This document shows positions 13,027 to 25,021 of a DNA stretch of 64,000 nt, in pieces. The notes under the pieces are model-generated. The model worked only from the letters and a program-made list of their open reading frames with translations. It did no database searches and was not told where the DNA came from. Position 1 is the stretch's first letter; each line of letters starts with the position of its first letter. The stretch spans positions 54,002,001-54,066,000 of the forward strand of contig OX597828.1 in NCBI GenBank assembly GCA_951406725.2, written 5' to 3'. The position numbers were made by a program, and so were the translations under genes. Source of the stretch: Octopus vulgaris (lineage: Eukaryota).

Positions 13027-15274
13027 TATGTTTATACTCGCACACAAATAGAGATAGTGTCCAGGATTTCAATTGTATATTAATTGCAGTCAAACAAACA
13101 TTCACTATAAGGGAAGGTTTTTCATGTTCCTTCCTCATTCAGCGTTATTGTTGTTGTTATTATAGGGGGAGGGTGGTGGTGGTGGTGGTAGTGAAGGTGG
13201 TGGTAACTGTTGTTCTGATTTTGTCATTTTCCTTTCGCCTCATCTCCCTCCACACACACAAACACACGCGAGCTTTCAGTTACGAGAGAGTACAGGTAAG
13301 GAGAAAGAAAAGACAAAATGGTGGCGGTGGCGGCTGCGGTGATGGTAGAAGTGGTGGTGGTGGTAGTGGTACGTGGTGGATGGTGTTTACAGTACAGTTG
13401 TGGACAGACAGATTTTCATTCCCAATATACGCACACATCCAAAAAACACACAAACAAACAAACAAATATAACAGGATCCATTATCATCATCATAATCAGC
13501 ATCATCACTGCAAACAACAACAATCAAAAGAATTGGAATTCGGATAAATTGTCGTTGTTGTTGTTGTGGTAGCGACGGTGGCGAGGACAGTTACTTCCAC
13601 TGCGCTGGAATTGGTAACAATTGGAAGAAAGAACCCCAAGAGCTGTGCGTTGAAGTAGACTCAAATAAGGAAATAGGATTTGTAGTTTAAAAACTGACTG
13701 AAACACAAGGTGGGTGGGGGGTGGGGGTCGGGGAGACCGAGAGGAACGAATGACAACAAAGGTAAGTGGGCTGCTGCTGCTGCATTATCAGTTTACGTCT
13801 GTTTTATACGCAGATATGGCTTGGGCGTGGCCATGGTTCTCGGAATGTTTCGTCGCTCGTCATAGCCCACATCCTCTGGTAGAGTAAAACCAACAAACTT
13901 TGTTGTCACATTTGTCTAGGTGCACCTTATCTTAAAGAACTTGCCGGCGACTGGACAACTAAAGTCCATTTCTACCCTGTATATGTTTCTGCTCTCGATT
14001 CCGCATCCCTTTCTTACGATCCATTTTCAACACGGTTTCTGCGACCAATTGCCCTTCTTTGCCACAAACCAACAAGGACGCAACAATCCCTTCTACCCTG
14101 TATCACTTTTTAATTTGGAATTACTGCCCTCATCGGCGGTGGCTGGTTAACTGCGCTGAGCTGCAACGTATGGTTTCCACGACTTGTCCGTTTTTAGTTC
14201 TGCAGTTGAGTGTCCTTGTAGCAAGATATTGCCATCATAACGGGCTACAAACGCAATATCATTAGGACTGTACAAGGGGACCTCAGGGATAGTAGAAGGA
14301 GATTGTCACCTTTATCTAGGCACGAAGTTGTCTCCATTATACACATAGAAGGGGTAGTTAGCAGAACAACCTATCGTCTTAGACAAACGCCTTCTGGGTG
14401 GGTTTGCTAGGTTATTGAATTTCAAAGATCTGGTGAGGATGCGAGACAGGTCCGATATAAGATCTGGCGGCTTTAAACCAAATATACGAGAGGCCGAGAA
14501 GGTCATGTGAAAGCTTTTGTCCAGTAGATACGTCATACAACTGTTTAGAACAATAATTATGAAAAGTGAAAGTCGCCTCCGAATTTAGGGCTGTTTCAGC
14601 CTTTTAGTCGTACCCAACTGCTCACACAGCGATTATCTTATATATTTCTTTATTACCCACAAGGGGCTACCGCGATTATCTTATTTAGTCAAGGCGTGGT
14701 GACACTGTGTTATACATATACTGCTTTAGTGAAGGATTCAGTCTTTCTTGTCAAAATGTGGTCAAAACGGTTGAAAAAGAAATGTTTTGAGTGCATAACT
14801 GCTATGAATAACTACAGCTGAAAATTGCGGAAAAATCTCAAGTGAAAGAAAAATAATTTGGTTCCTAAAGTAATATAAAAATCTGAGAGTGGACACTGAT
14901 TTCTATCAATGGCCGCAGATTAAAATGTTTTCCTTATTTTTTATTTCTTGCTAGTTTTTGACGACGCTCCATCGACTGAAGATGGCACTAACCTTCTCCG
15001 ATCACTAAAATACTTTCAGTTTGGTTACAGACAAAAATGGTATAATAAAGAAAAATAATCATAAAAACAACAATGAGACCTTACGAGTGATCTTTCGAAC
15101 TTTGTACATATAAAATGGCGGACAGTGATAGAACCTGCTCTGAACAAATAATCAGTAATAGTCGGTAGTTATTGTAGAATCCAATTTTATGTTAAAAGCG
15201 TTTGGTTTATTTTAATTTGTTTTTTTTTTTCCATTTTATCCTGAATTGATATAGTGAATTCAAATGATTTTACA

Positions 15275-15535
15275 GCCTCGAGACCACCAAAGCCTTGTGA
15301 GTGGGACTTGGTAGACAGAAACTGAAACTTGTCGTGTATGTGTATTTGTTCCCCACCACCACTTGACAACCGGTGTTGGTGTGTTTACATCCTCACAACT
15401 TAGTTCGACAAAAAATGGGACCGATAGAATAAATACCAGGTTTTAAAAGAAAATAGATACATTCGACTTGACATCCTTCAATATGGTGCCCCAGCATGGC
15501 CGCAGTCTGATGGCAGAAACAAGTAAAAACATAAG
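15275..15535 (+). mobile_element. SINE family A, 5'-truncated
   Basis: CCAAAGCCTTGTGAGTGG...CCCCAGCATGGCCGCAGTC. Confidence 0.8.
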
Positions 15536-15724
15536 AGATAATGATAATGTCTAAAGAGTTTGAGAGAATTCCTGCCGATTTCTAGAGACTATTTACGTTT
15601 CATTTTCAGTGGTTTGTTTTACTTTGCTCGCCATTTTATATGTACAAAGTTCGAAATAACATTACTATATGTTAATTGGGGGAAAAAAAAGAAAGACAAA
15701 AAGAGTATGGAAAAGGTGACTTAC

Positions 15725-15962
15725 TTGAAAGACTTGTAAATCCAACGTAGCAACGTGGTTCAACATTCGAAGACCAGCAGTGGTCACGGCTAGTGTTGGG
15801 GCAGGTAACACTGCAGGAGGGACGTCACCACGACCTTGGACCCCTGAGTGCAACAGCATTCCGTATAAGAGAGATACAATTCCGACAAGTTCGGTCACTT
15901 GGAATGTTGCCAAAAGTTGGGTCGGATCATCAGTTTTTTTACTTCCAAACACATTACTGTTT
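15725..15962 (-). CDS. SCAPER: SCAPER internal coding exon, 238 bp
   Basis: Encodes NSNVFGSKKTDDPTQLLATFQVTELVGIVSLLYGMLLHSG...TLAVTTAGLRMLNHVATLDLQVFQ, resembling SCAPER (DPTGLTAALQATDLAGVLHMLYCVLFHG...LRFFNSFAALHLPAFQ). Acceptor cttttcactttctctag|, donor |gtaagt. CG from the previous exon plus A forms an Arg codon, so the frame is continuous. Confidence 0.92.
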
Positions 15963-16829
15963 CTAGAGAAAGTGAAAAGCAAAAAAAAAAAATAATAATA
16001 ATGATGATTTTTCTTTGTTGACCACAAAGGGTTAACACTAAGATAAACATTATGGACAGTACAGGACAAAACAAAGAATGTGTGAGTGCGTGCGATTGTG
16101 TGTTAAGATGGTTTTGCGTGTAAACAGGTTTACTGTAGTGAAAGGGGGGGATAAAACTTTAACTGAGGTTGTTAACCAGTTTTGGAAGGTGGAAGATAGT
16201 CCTTAAAGTAGATTTGTAAAGAATTTTGGGAAAATTCTACGTTTCAAGATACCTCGAAGTTTATTATTATAATACGCTCGCGTGTGTATGTATGTGTGTG
16301 GCTCGAAGTGTACTATGACTACCTATGGCTAATTAGAGATTAATCACTCACTTATTAATCAGAAATCATGAGGGATTGTATAGAGAGGTAAAGAGGAAGA
16401 AATAACAGCTGACTTGATAAAATTTCCACAACCAACACCTGACACCAATATCACTAAAACAGCCAAAGAGATTAATCGACCTGCGAGATACAGCAGCCAA
16501 GTCTCCCTAAAACCTATCTTTTTAAATGAAGAAAGAACACATTAAATAATGTAATCCTTGGTATACAAACAGGCGAGATGTTCATGGCTGGAACACCTTT
16601 GAGTATTCGTCTACTGGATCAGTAGACGCTTAACAAAAGCTCAGTTTCTTCTACAAGAGCCCCACCCTTACCACCATGACTTCTCTCGTTTATCATAAAA
16701 GTACCAAAATAAAACTATTTCCTCGTGCATCAGGAGTGGTATAAAAACAAATCTCTCATATTTTAAACAACTATTGGTGTGGCACTAGAAGTTAGGCCTT
16801 TTTTTAAATTTAAAAAAAAAATTATTTAT

Positions 16830-17180
16830 CTTTTTACTCATTTCAGTCATTAGACTGCGGTCATGTTGGGTTAACACCTTGAATTTTAGTTGAATGAATT
16901 GACCCTAGTACTTTTATTTTTATACAAGTCTCTTTTGCTGAAGCCGAACCGCTAAGTTACGGGGACGTAAATACACCAACACTGGCTGTCAAGCGGTGAC
17001 GGGGAACAAACACACACACACACACACGATGAGCTTCTTTCAGTTTCCGCACACCAAATTCACTCAAGGCTTTGGTCGACCCGATGCTATAGTAGAAGCC
17101 ACTTGCCCAAAGTGCCAGGCAGTGGGATTGAACCAGGAACCATGTGGTTGAAAAGCAAACTTCTTACCACACAGTCATTC
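16830..17180 (-). mobile_element. SINE family A, near full length
   Basis: Reverse complement of the family consensus from tail to head. Confidence 0.85.
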
Positions 17181-17512
17181 CTGGGTAACGGTATCTTCAT
17201 ACGACTATTTTACCGATTCCTCTTTTAATGACCAACACAGTATGAACTAGTAGGTGCGTATCGTATTTGCTGTTGAGTCGTATAACAAAAATAGTGAACC
17301 TGGGAGGTGGGGTTAGATTACCGCAGCTTGTACAACCAAATACTAGAGACTTGAGGATCCCAATTGTTGTCGTTTAAACATCAAACCGGAACTGACTGAG
17401 CACGCATATTATCAATGGCCTACCACCCGTGGCTCTCCCAGCTCTTTTAATAATGTATATTGTATCTTGTACAGTATTATCTTCGATTGCATGCATTTCT
17501 TCCTCTCTTTAA

Positions 17513-17734
17513 CCTTTTAGCATTTAAACTGTCCATATCCATTTCCAGGTATTCTACCTGCTTATGGTCAAACCAACCAGATCCAGCCTCTCACACCGAC
17601 CCCACAATGACATTCTAAAAATATATATAATCACGTAAACAAAATACCAAAGCTATAAGGTAGTGTGTGATGAATTCAAAACGACACGAATAAACAAGCA
17701 TTATATTTGACAGAGTAATCCGAATGCTCAATGG
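17513..17734. mobile_element. piggyBac-type MITE
   Basis: TTAA on both sides (17509-17512, 17735-17738). Imperfect TIRs CCTTTTAGCATT / AATGCTCAATGG. Confidence 0.65.
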
Positions 17735-18561
17735 TTAAGACGATAAAGTGTGACTTGAGGGGGATTCGGGTGATATTTATAGCAAGTCGAGCGACGTTGT
17801 CTGTGCGTCAGCTCATAGAATCTAAGTTACTAACCCATCTGCCTACTTATCCATTCACTCATCCAGCAATAATCCATTCGGAAAAGATTAGTAAACAGAT
17901 AAGAGGAGCAGTATCTCTGCAGCAATTTCCGAAACTGGTGAGATCGATATGGTTGATATTCCGCTTGAATATCATTCAATTGATCTCAACAGGAAAAAGA
18001 AAAAAAATACCTGGGTAAAAACGGAATTCCATGGTCTGCTGCTCGGCAGAGTCAGAAATGAGGAAAGGATTGGAATGAGAGCCTTGGGGAAGGAGAGTGA
18101 CACAATACCTCGGGTGCGCCTCTATGTCAATCCACCCCTCTACCTTACCCGCCCTCTTGTCCACCCGGCATTCCATCTGTCCACTCATTTAGCTTGTCTA
18201 CAGTCACGTGATCGTGCTATTTATCCTGATCAATTAATCAATTGATCCAACCTTCTAACAGACATACACCACCAGCCCATCTCTCCAGCCAGCCAACCAT
18301 CCACTCACATTTTCCCCTCTATACTCATCAAAAATCATCCATCTATCCATTCAATCTTTTGATGTGTATTTCTTTCTCTCTCTCATCTATCTGTCTTATC
18401 TCTCCAAGCATCCAGTAATCTCTATCAACCAATCTGTCCGTCTATCTATCTATCTATCTACCTACCTACCTATCTAGGTCTGTTCCATCTTTTGATATGT
18501 ATTTCTATCTAACCATCCCTCTCTCTCATCTATGTGTCTTATCTATCCAAGCATCCATTAA

Positions 18562-18600
<39 letters not shown>

Positions 18601-19354
18601 CTGTCTGTCTGTTCCATCTTTTGATATGTATTCCCTCTCTTTCCTATCTATCTGGTCGTGTGTAACTAAACATCTATTAATCTCTCTATCTACCAATCTA
18701 TCTATCTGTCTGTCTGTCTCTCTATCTATCTATCTCGCTATCCATTCATCCATCCATCATTACGTGTAGTCCATAGTGCCATACCACAATAATCTGTCCA
18801 TGTTCTCAAAAATCACGTACCGACAGGAATCAATGGTTACACAAGACATTTCCTTTTTTTTCTTTTTCTTGTCTTTTTACTTCTGAAATCTAAAATAATC
18901 TACACTAAACAAACAGCAGCAACACTAACACTCAAGCTGTCCGTCTGTATGACTGGTTGATCTTCACGCCGCCTACTGCTGGCCTAGAGACCATGTCCTG
19001 TAAATTGCAGTTGAGAAACCGGAAACATGCCAATACTTCACCAAACCTGAAACCATTTTTTTTATTTTCGACATTTTTCCTTTTTGTTTTCGAGTGTGTG
19101 TTTTTTTTATTATAAATTTCTATTTATTTTTATCTTTCAAGACAAACAAAGAACCAATGAGTGAATGCATGACTTCAATTACTTTCGAATTTATTTATTT
19201 TCTATTTTTTTTTTCAATTGAACCCATCTAATAAACCATCAATCTATCGAACCCTCCATCTGTCCATCCATTTATATATATATATATATCTGATTTCTGT
19301 AGTAAAAGGTAAATTAAATGCAAACAAATGCATATAACAACAACAACAACAATA

Positions 19355-19555
19355 ATCCCTTCTACTATAGGCAGGTCTGAAACTGGGGGTGGGGATAGTT
19401 GACTCCATCGACCCCAGTGCATTACTGGTAATGGTTTCATCAACCTCGAAAGAATGAAGGGCAAAGTTGACTACGACGGACTTTGAACTCAGAACGTAGG
19501 GACGGATGGAATGCCGCTAAACATTTAGCCCGGCGTGCTAACCATTCAGCCAGCT
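19355..19555 (-). mobile_element. SINE family B
   Basis: Core motif and CCTTCTACTATAGGCA tail. Confidence 0.8.
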
Positions 19556-20172
19556 TATCACCATAATAATAATATTTTCTACTAAAGGCACAAGGCCGGA
19601 AACTTTAAGAGGGAGAGGGATATTCAATGTCTGTAGATCATCTTCATCACCACCACCACCAACAACAACAACAAAACTATCGCCAACAGTAACAAGTAAA
19701 TTTCTCTTCATCGTACGAGGAAGAATTCTGAGAATTCTTTGAAAAAGAAAACCTGTTACAGGGACAGGAAAACAAAGTTGCACCACCCAAGAGATATGAA
19801 AACAATTTATAAAACTACCGGAACAGTTCATCTCCAAGCATAAAGCGAGCCACAAGGTGTGTGTGTGTGTGTGTGTATGTAAGTGTGTGTGTGTGTGTAT
19901 GTAAGTGTGTGTGTGTGTGTGTATAAGAGATAAATTGTAGAAAAACAAAGCTGTGAGGGCCTAGTATTATGGTGGTACATAGTAAACGCTTGCAGACCAC
20001 AATGTCAAGAGAGAGTAGTAGCCAAAAACAACAAACAACCTTGTGGTAATAATGTAAGGTAAAAGCGCAACGCGAGAGGAAGAGAATATTAATCAAAATC
20101 ACTGAATAAACACCTCTTAAATCAGACTCACACATTACATGCATGCATGTGCTTGGATGTGTGTGTTTATAA

Positions 20173-20305
20173 TCTTTACTCTTATTTGTTTCAGTCATTT
20201 GATCGCGGCCATGCTGGAGCACCGCCTTTGGTCGAGCAAATCGACCCCAGGACTTACTCTTTGTAAGCCTAGTACTTAATCGATCGGTCTCTTTTGCCGA
20301 ACCGA
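20173..20305 (-). mobile_element. SINE family A, 3' fragment
   Basis: GCGGCCATGCTGGAGCACCGCC...CTTTTGCCGAACCG. Confidence 0.85.
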
Positions 20306-20475
20306 TATATATAATATATATATTCAATTGAATGGACAATAAGATAGGTAGCGTTATATTAAGTTCCAAATTTTAAACAGTAACATAACAGAGCAAACAG
20401 AAAATTCACATACGAGACGGGACGCTGCTAATTCCTCGTCAGTTATCGCCCAAAAGATCCTTACAATATCACGCC

Positions 20476-20520
<45 letters not shown>

Positions 20521-20523
<3 letters not shown>

Positions 20524-20908
20524 CGCAGGAGTGGCTGTGTGGTAAGTAGCTTGCTTACCAACCACATGGTTCCGGGTTCAATCCCACTGCGTGGCACCTT
20601 GGGCAAGTCTCTTCTACTGTAGCCTCGGGCCGACCAAAGCCTTGTGAGCGGATTTGGTAGACGGAAACTGAAAGAGGCCCGTCGTATATATGTATGTGTG
20701 TATATATTAGTGTATCACTGTTTGTCTCCAACATCGATTGACAACCGACGTTGGTGTGTTTACGCCGCCGTACATTAGCGGTTCGGCAAAAAGAGACCGG
20801 TAGAATAAGTACTAGGCTTACAAGCTTACAAAAAATAAGTCCTCGGGTCGATTTGCTCGAGCATGGCCGCAGTCAAATGACTGAAACAAGTAAAAGAGTA
20901 AAAAGAGA
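20521..20908 (+). mobile_element. SINE family A (bipartite tRNA-type SINE with internal microsatellite), full length
   Basis: Head AGGCGCAGGAGTGGCTGTGTGGTAAG (A box) and GGTTCAATCCC (B box), body GGCACCTTGGGCAAG, internal (TA/TG)n, tail (GTAAAAGA)n. About 20 copies in the window. Confidence 0.9.
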
Positions 20909-21333
20909 GATATATACACACACACACAAATACGCACACGCACAACAAAAGCACCTTCTACCAACTCCTAAACCATCACCACCATTGCTATCATAATCAT
21001 CACCAAAGACACAGGCCTGAAAGCGAAAACCGACACCATTAACCATTTTCTATTGTAAGCAGTAGTAATAGTAGCAGCAGCAATGTCACTCGGTCCACAT
21101 GCAACCAAATATCGAGATACAAGTGTGTAAACATGCAGCGCGCCCATGTCTATCTGTGCAAATGTTATTGTTTAGCTCTGATCAGAAGCCGAGGACATCA
21201 CAGCTATTTGCAGTATGTTGGAAACCGAGGACATCTAAGAGAGTTGTGTGTGACTAAAGAGAGACTTGACCGTGATTTCTAGCAGATTCAGCGACCATAT
21301 ACAGGAGCCTTCGTTGGCTTGTGTGTGTGTGTT

Positions 21334-21375
<42 letters not shown>

Positions 21376-21503
21376 TGTGCAATGCTTGTGTATAGCGACA
21401 TTTGATTCTATATGTGTATGCCATGCATCTATGTGTGTGTGTCAGAGATTTTCAGTGCAACCATTCATGTATGTGTGTACATGTAGACATGTATGTATGT
21501 ATG

Positions 21504-21559
<56 letters not shown>

Positions 21560-21694
21560 TAATTAAGGGTTTAGCAACGATTTGCCTCACCACACACCGA
21601 ATTTAGAAATAGCAGTCAAAGAGTTATGGCTATTCTTTCTGAAATTAATGATTACTCCAAATTAATTGATTTCACCCTATATTATTATTGATAA

Positions 21695-21734
<40 letters not shown>

Positions 21735-22264
21735 TTACGTACATACATACATGTTCTCTTCTATTTTTCATTATTTGAAATTTCCCTGTAAGAAAGGAGC
21801 AGGTTTCCAACAAAGATTCGAAGTTCCATCATTGGAATGTAGATAATATGTATGTACACGTGACGTACGTACGTATGTCTGTATGTGTGCGCGCGCGAGT
21901 GGTGTGTTTGTGTGTGTGTGTGTTTTGAAAGTCTGGGCGTTTTCAAAGGTGTGGGCGCGCGCACTTTCGCATGTTGACTTACGAAGGGGAGAAAACATGT
22001 TTACACATTAAATTTTCATCGTGTTTTTATCGAGTGCTAACCCCCAAAGGAGTAAAAAGCCAGGTTAAACGTACGCTAACCAACGACATCACCATCACCA
22101 CCACCCAACTACAACCACTACTGCCACCATTCACTCAACAATATCAAACCGCCACCCCACCCCAGAACAACCACCACCACCACCCACCCACGTTAATCTG
22201 CAATGCTAATGTATTTTTCACAGCTTTGATGGCGCACATTTTCACCAAAACACTTAAAAGGATT

Positions 22265-22296
<32 letters not shown>

Positions 22297-22811
22297 AATA
22301 ATACAACGAATACATTGATAATTATTTATTGCCGCTATATTTTGTCATTGTTATATTTTTATCCTTTCAATAATAAAACAGGAGAAAATTGTGGCAAGAA
22401 AAAAAAAGGGAGTTGGACAAGTAAAAAAAAAAGAGCATTTGAGGGTCATTTGTTTGCAGAAACGATTAGCGACGGTAAAAGCTTGACCTCGGCACACTAA
22501 AATATGCTCGTTCCATGGCCATCAGCCGTCTGTCAGTCAGTCGGCCGGTCGGTTTCTCTCTCTCCACACTTTCGACAGTGAAATATGAAACTTCAACGCG
22601 AGTAGAGAAAAACCCAACATCAACGACCTTTCTCAGTCAGTTTGTTTCAAGAAAATGGACACCACGCCTCTAAAAGGAACGTCGGCGAGTAAATCGACTA
22701 AGGGAGACTGGGTTGATTGACAGCTAAAAATAGCAGCCAAATCTCTGCCAACAGAACGTCACTGCTTTAAAAAAGGACACTGCATATACATACACGCGCA
22801 CATATACGTCT

Positions 22812-23000
22812 TCTATTATATAAAATCCGTTCTGTCTGTGTGTGTGTCTTCTAGGATCTCGGGCATCCTCCATCCGATTGCGCTCAAATTTGATATGTAG
22901 ATACCGACGGTATCAGGGCGTGTATAAGTCTTTAAAAATTACAAAAATCGATTCCAGGTGAGAATGCGATCGATAAAGTGAATAAAATCGTTTTTCTTTG
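22812..23000 (+). mobile_element. Possible non-autonomous Helitron-like fragment
   Basis: Begins TCTATTATATAAAA, then (GTCT/GT)n and CCGATTGCGCTCAAATTTG, a layout typical of Helitron-derived repeats. No 3' hairpin identified. Confidence 0.35.
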
Positions 23001-23687
23001 GAATAGAAAAAAGTCTATCTTTATTTCTTCTTTTGCTGGTGTCTCAAATTTAGGTTAAATCAGTGTTTCTCAAAGGGGAGGCCTATGGGACGGTCGGACA
23101 AGTTGTTTTGAGAAATTTGGTTTAAATGTTTGACAACTCAGCACCGTCCATTAGACGGGGGGGGGGGCGTTTTGCTCATACACCATATTTACCGTGGTGT
23201 AAGAAGCAGTTTTTCTTTAATGCATAAAAAAATTGCCCTGCGTCTAATGTGGCGATATTACGGACGGGAAACCGAGTGCCCTGGGACAAGGAACTGCATA
23301 AGCAAAAGCAGATAAACACAATAATTACTACTGATAATGAAATATTGGAAACAAAACCAAATTTTCGAGCTCAGTTGGCACAAACTGAAGGCAGTTTTGT
23401 GGGTAGATCACATGATCTCATTATACCTCATCACCTACCCAGCATACATAACCCACACCTAATGTATGTCTTACATTATTTATCTTTCAGAAATATTTCT
23501 CAAAAAATTATCTAAATGAAAACTTATCCTGAAAAGGTGAAAGCAATGTTAAAGCTTTCATTGTCGTTGCAAACCAATGTGACAAATCAAATCATCAGAC
23601 TATACAATCATACCAGTTTCATGATACCTTGTGTTTTTCATGTCAGCCAGTCTCTGTATGGTAGTGGTGGTGGTGGTGGTAGTAGTA

Positions 23688-24340
23688 ATCCTTTCTGCTA
23701 TAGGTACAAGGATCGAAATTTTGTGAGGTTGGGGTGCATAGTCGATTACATTGACTCTAGTACTTAAATGGTACTTATTTTATCGACTCCGAAAGGATGA
23801 AAGGCAAAGCCGACCTGGGCGGAATTTGAACTCAGAACGCAAAGACCGACGAAGTGCCACTAAGCATTCTGCCCAGCGAGCTAACGATTCTGCCAGCTCG
23901 CCGCCTTAAATAATAATGTCTTTTTTTTTTTTTTACAGTAGGCACAAGGCCTGAAATTTTGGAGGAGGGGGATAGTCGATCATATCGACCGCCAGTACTT
24001 GACTGGTGCTTAATTTATCGACCCAGAAAGGATGAAATGCAAAGTCGACCTCGGCGGAATTTTAACTCTGAACCTGAAGACGGACGGAGTGCTGCTAAGC
24101 ATTTTGCCCGGCGTGCTAACAATAATAACTACTTCAAATTTTAGCCACAAGGGCAGCACGGAGGAGGTGGGGATGAGTCGATTACATCGACCCCAGTGTA
24201 CAACTGGTACTTATTTAATCGACCCCAGAAAGGATGAAAAGCAAAGTTGACCTCGGTGAAATTTGAACTCAGAGCGTAGCGACGGGCGAAATACCACTAA
24301 GCATTTTTCGTCCAGCGTGCTAACCATTCTGCCGCCTTAA
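23688..24340 (-). mobile_element. Three head-to-tail SINE family B copies
   Basis: GAAAGGATGAAAGGCAAAGTCGACCTCGGCGGAATTTGAACTC motif occurs three times. Confidence 0.88.
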
Positions 24341-24987
24341 CAATAACAATGGCGATGATGATGGCGATGATGACTATCGCTAGAATTATCAAATGAGTTG
24401 ACACTTTGCAAAGGTGCCCAAACCATATGTTTGGCTTTAACACCTTTGCTGCTTGTTTTGCTTGTATCGCAGTAGGAACGGTGTGTCGGTGTTCCTGAAG
24501 GTAGTGGTGGTCGCCGCGGCGGCGGTGACAAAGCAAAAACAGGAAAAAAACAACAAAAAAACCCCCAAACAAAACCATAATAAACTTTAATGTTTTTCTT
24601 TCACCCCGCTTACAGTCAAAAATACGACGAACATGAAATCTTGCCGACCCTGTTCCTTTCCAAATTATTATTTTTCGTCTGTGTTTTTTTTTTGTTAGTT
24701 GTGTAGTTTTTTGTTTCTAATCAGTCGCTCTTTTCGCTTCCACATACATCACATCACCATCGTCACCCACCACAACCATCAATTATCACCACCACCATCG
24801 CAAGCTATTATCATCACCAGGCTTCCTTATCGTCGTTATCTCTCACCCGCCTCCACCCTACCACCACCACCACCCTACCACCCACCCCCGTCACAATAAA
24901 TAAACAAATGAATGTATGAATATATAAACAGATGAAAGCTGACAACAATAAACGAAGTGTCAATGGGGTTGAAAACCTCAGAGAGAA

Positions 24988-25021
<34 letters not shown>

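Noticed and set aside
1-15724. Expected next SCAPER exon (FRH...LLHEV...GYFT type)
   Set aside because: I found no matching frame by eye. It probably lies outside the window, though a diverged exon could have been missed.
15665-16069. 134-aa ORF as a standalone gene
   Set aside because: Only 15725-15962 is exon. Both ends of the ORF are intronic.
20521-20590. tRNA-like A/B boxes here and in other repeats
   Set aside because: These are SINE heads followed by SINE bodies. No complete cloverleaf was seen.
21833-21855. miR-1-like TGGAATGTAGATAATATGTAT
   Set aside because: The seed matches but the middle differs and there is no complementary precursor arm.
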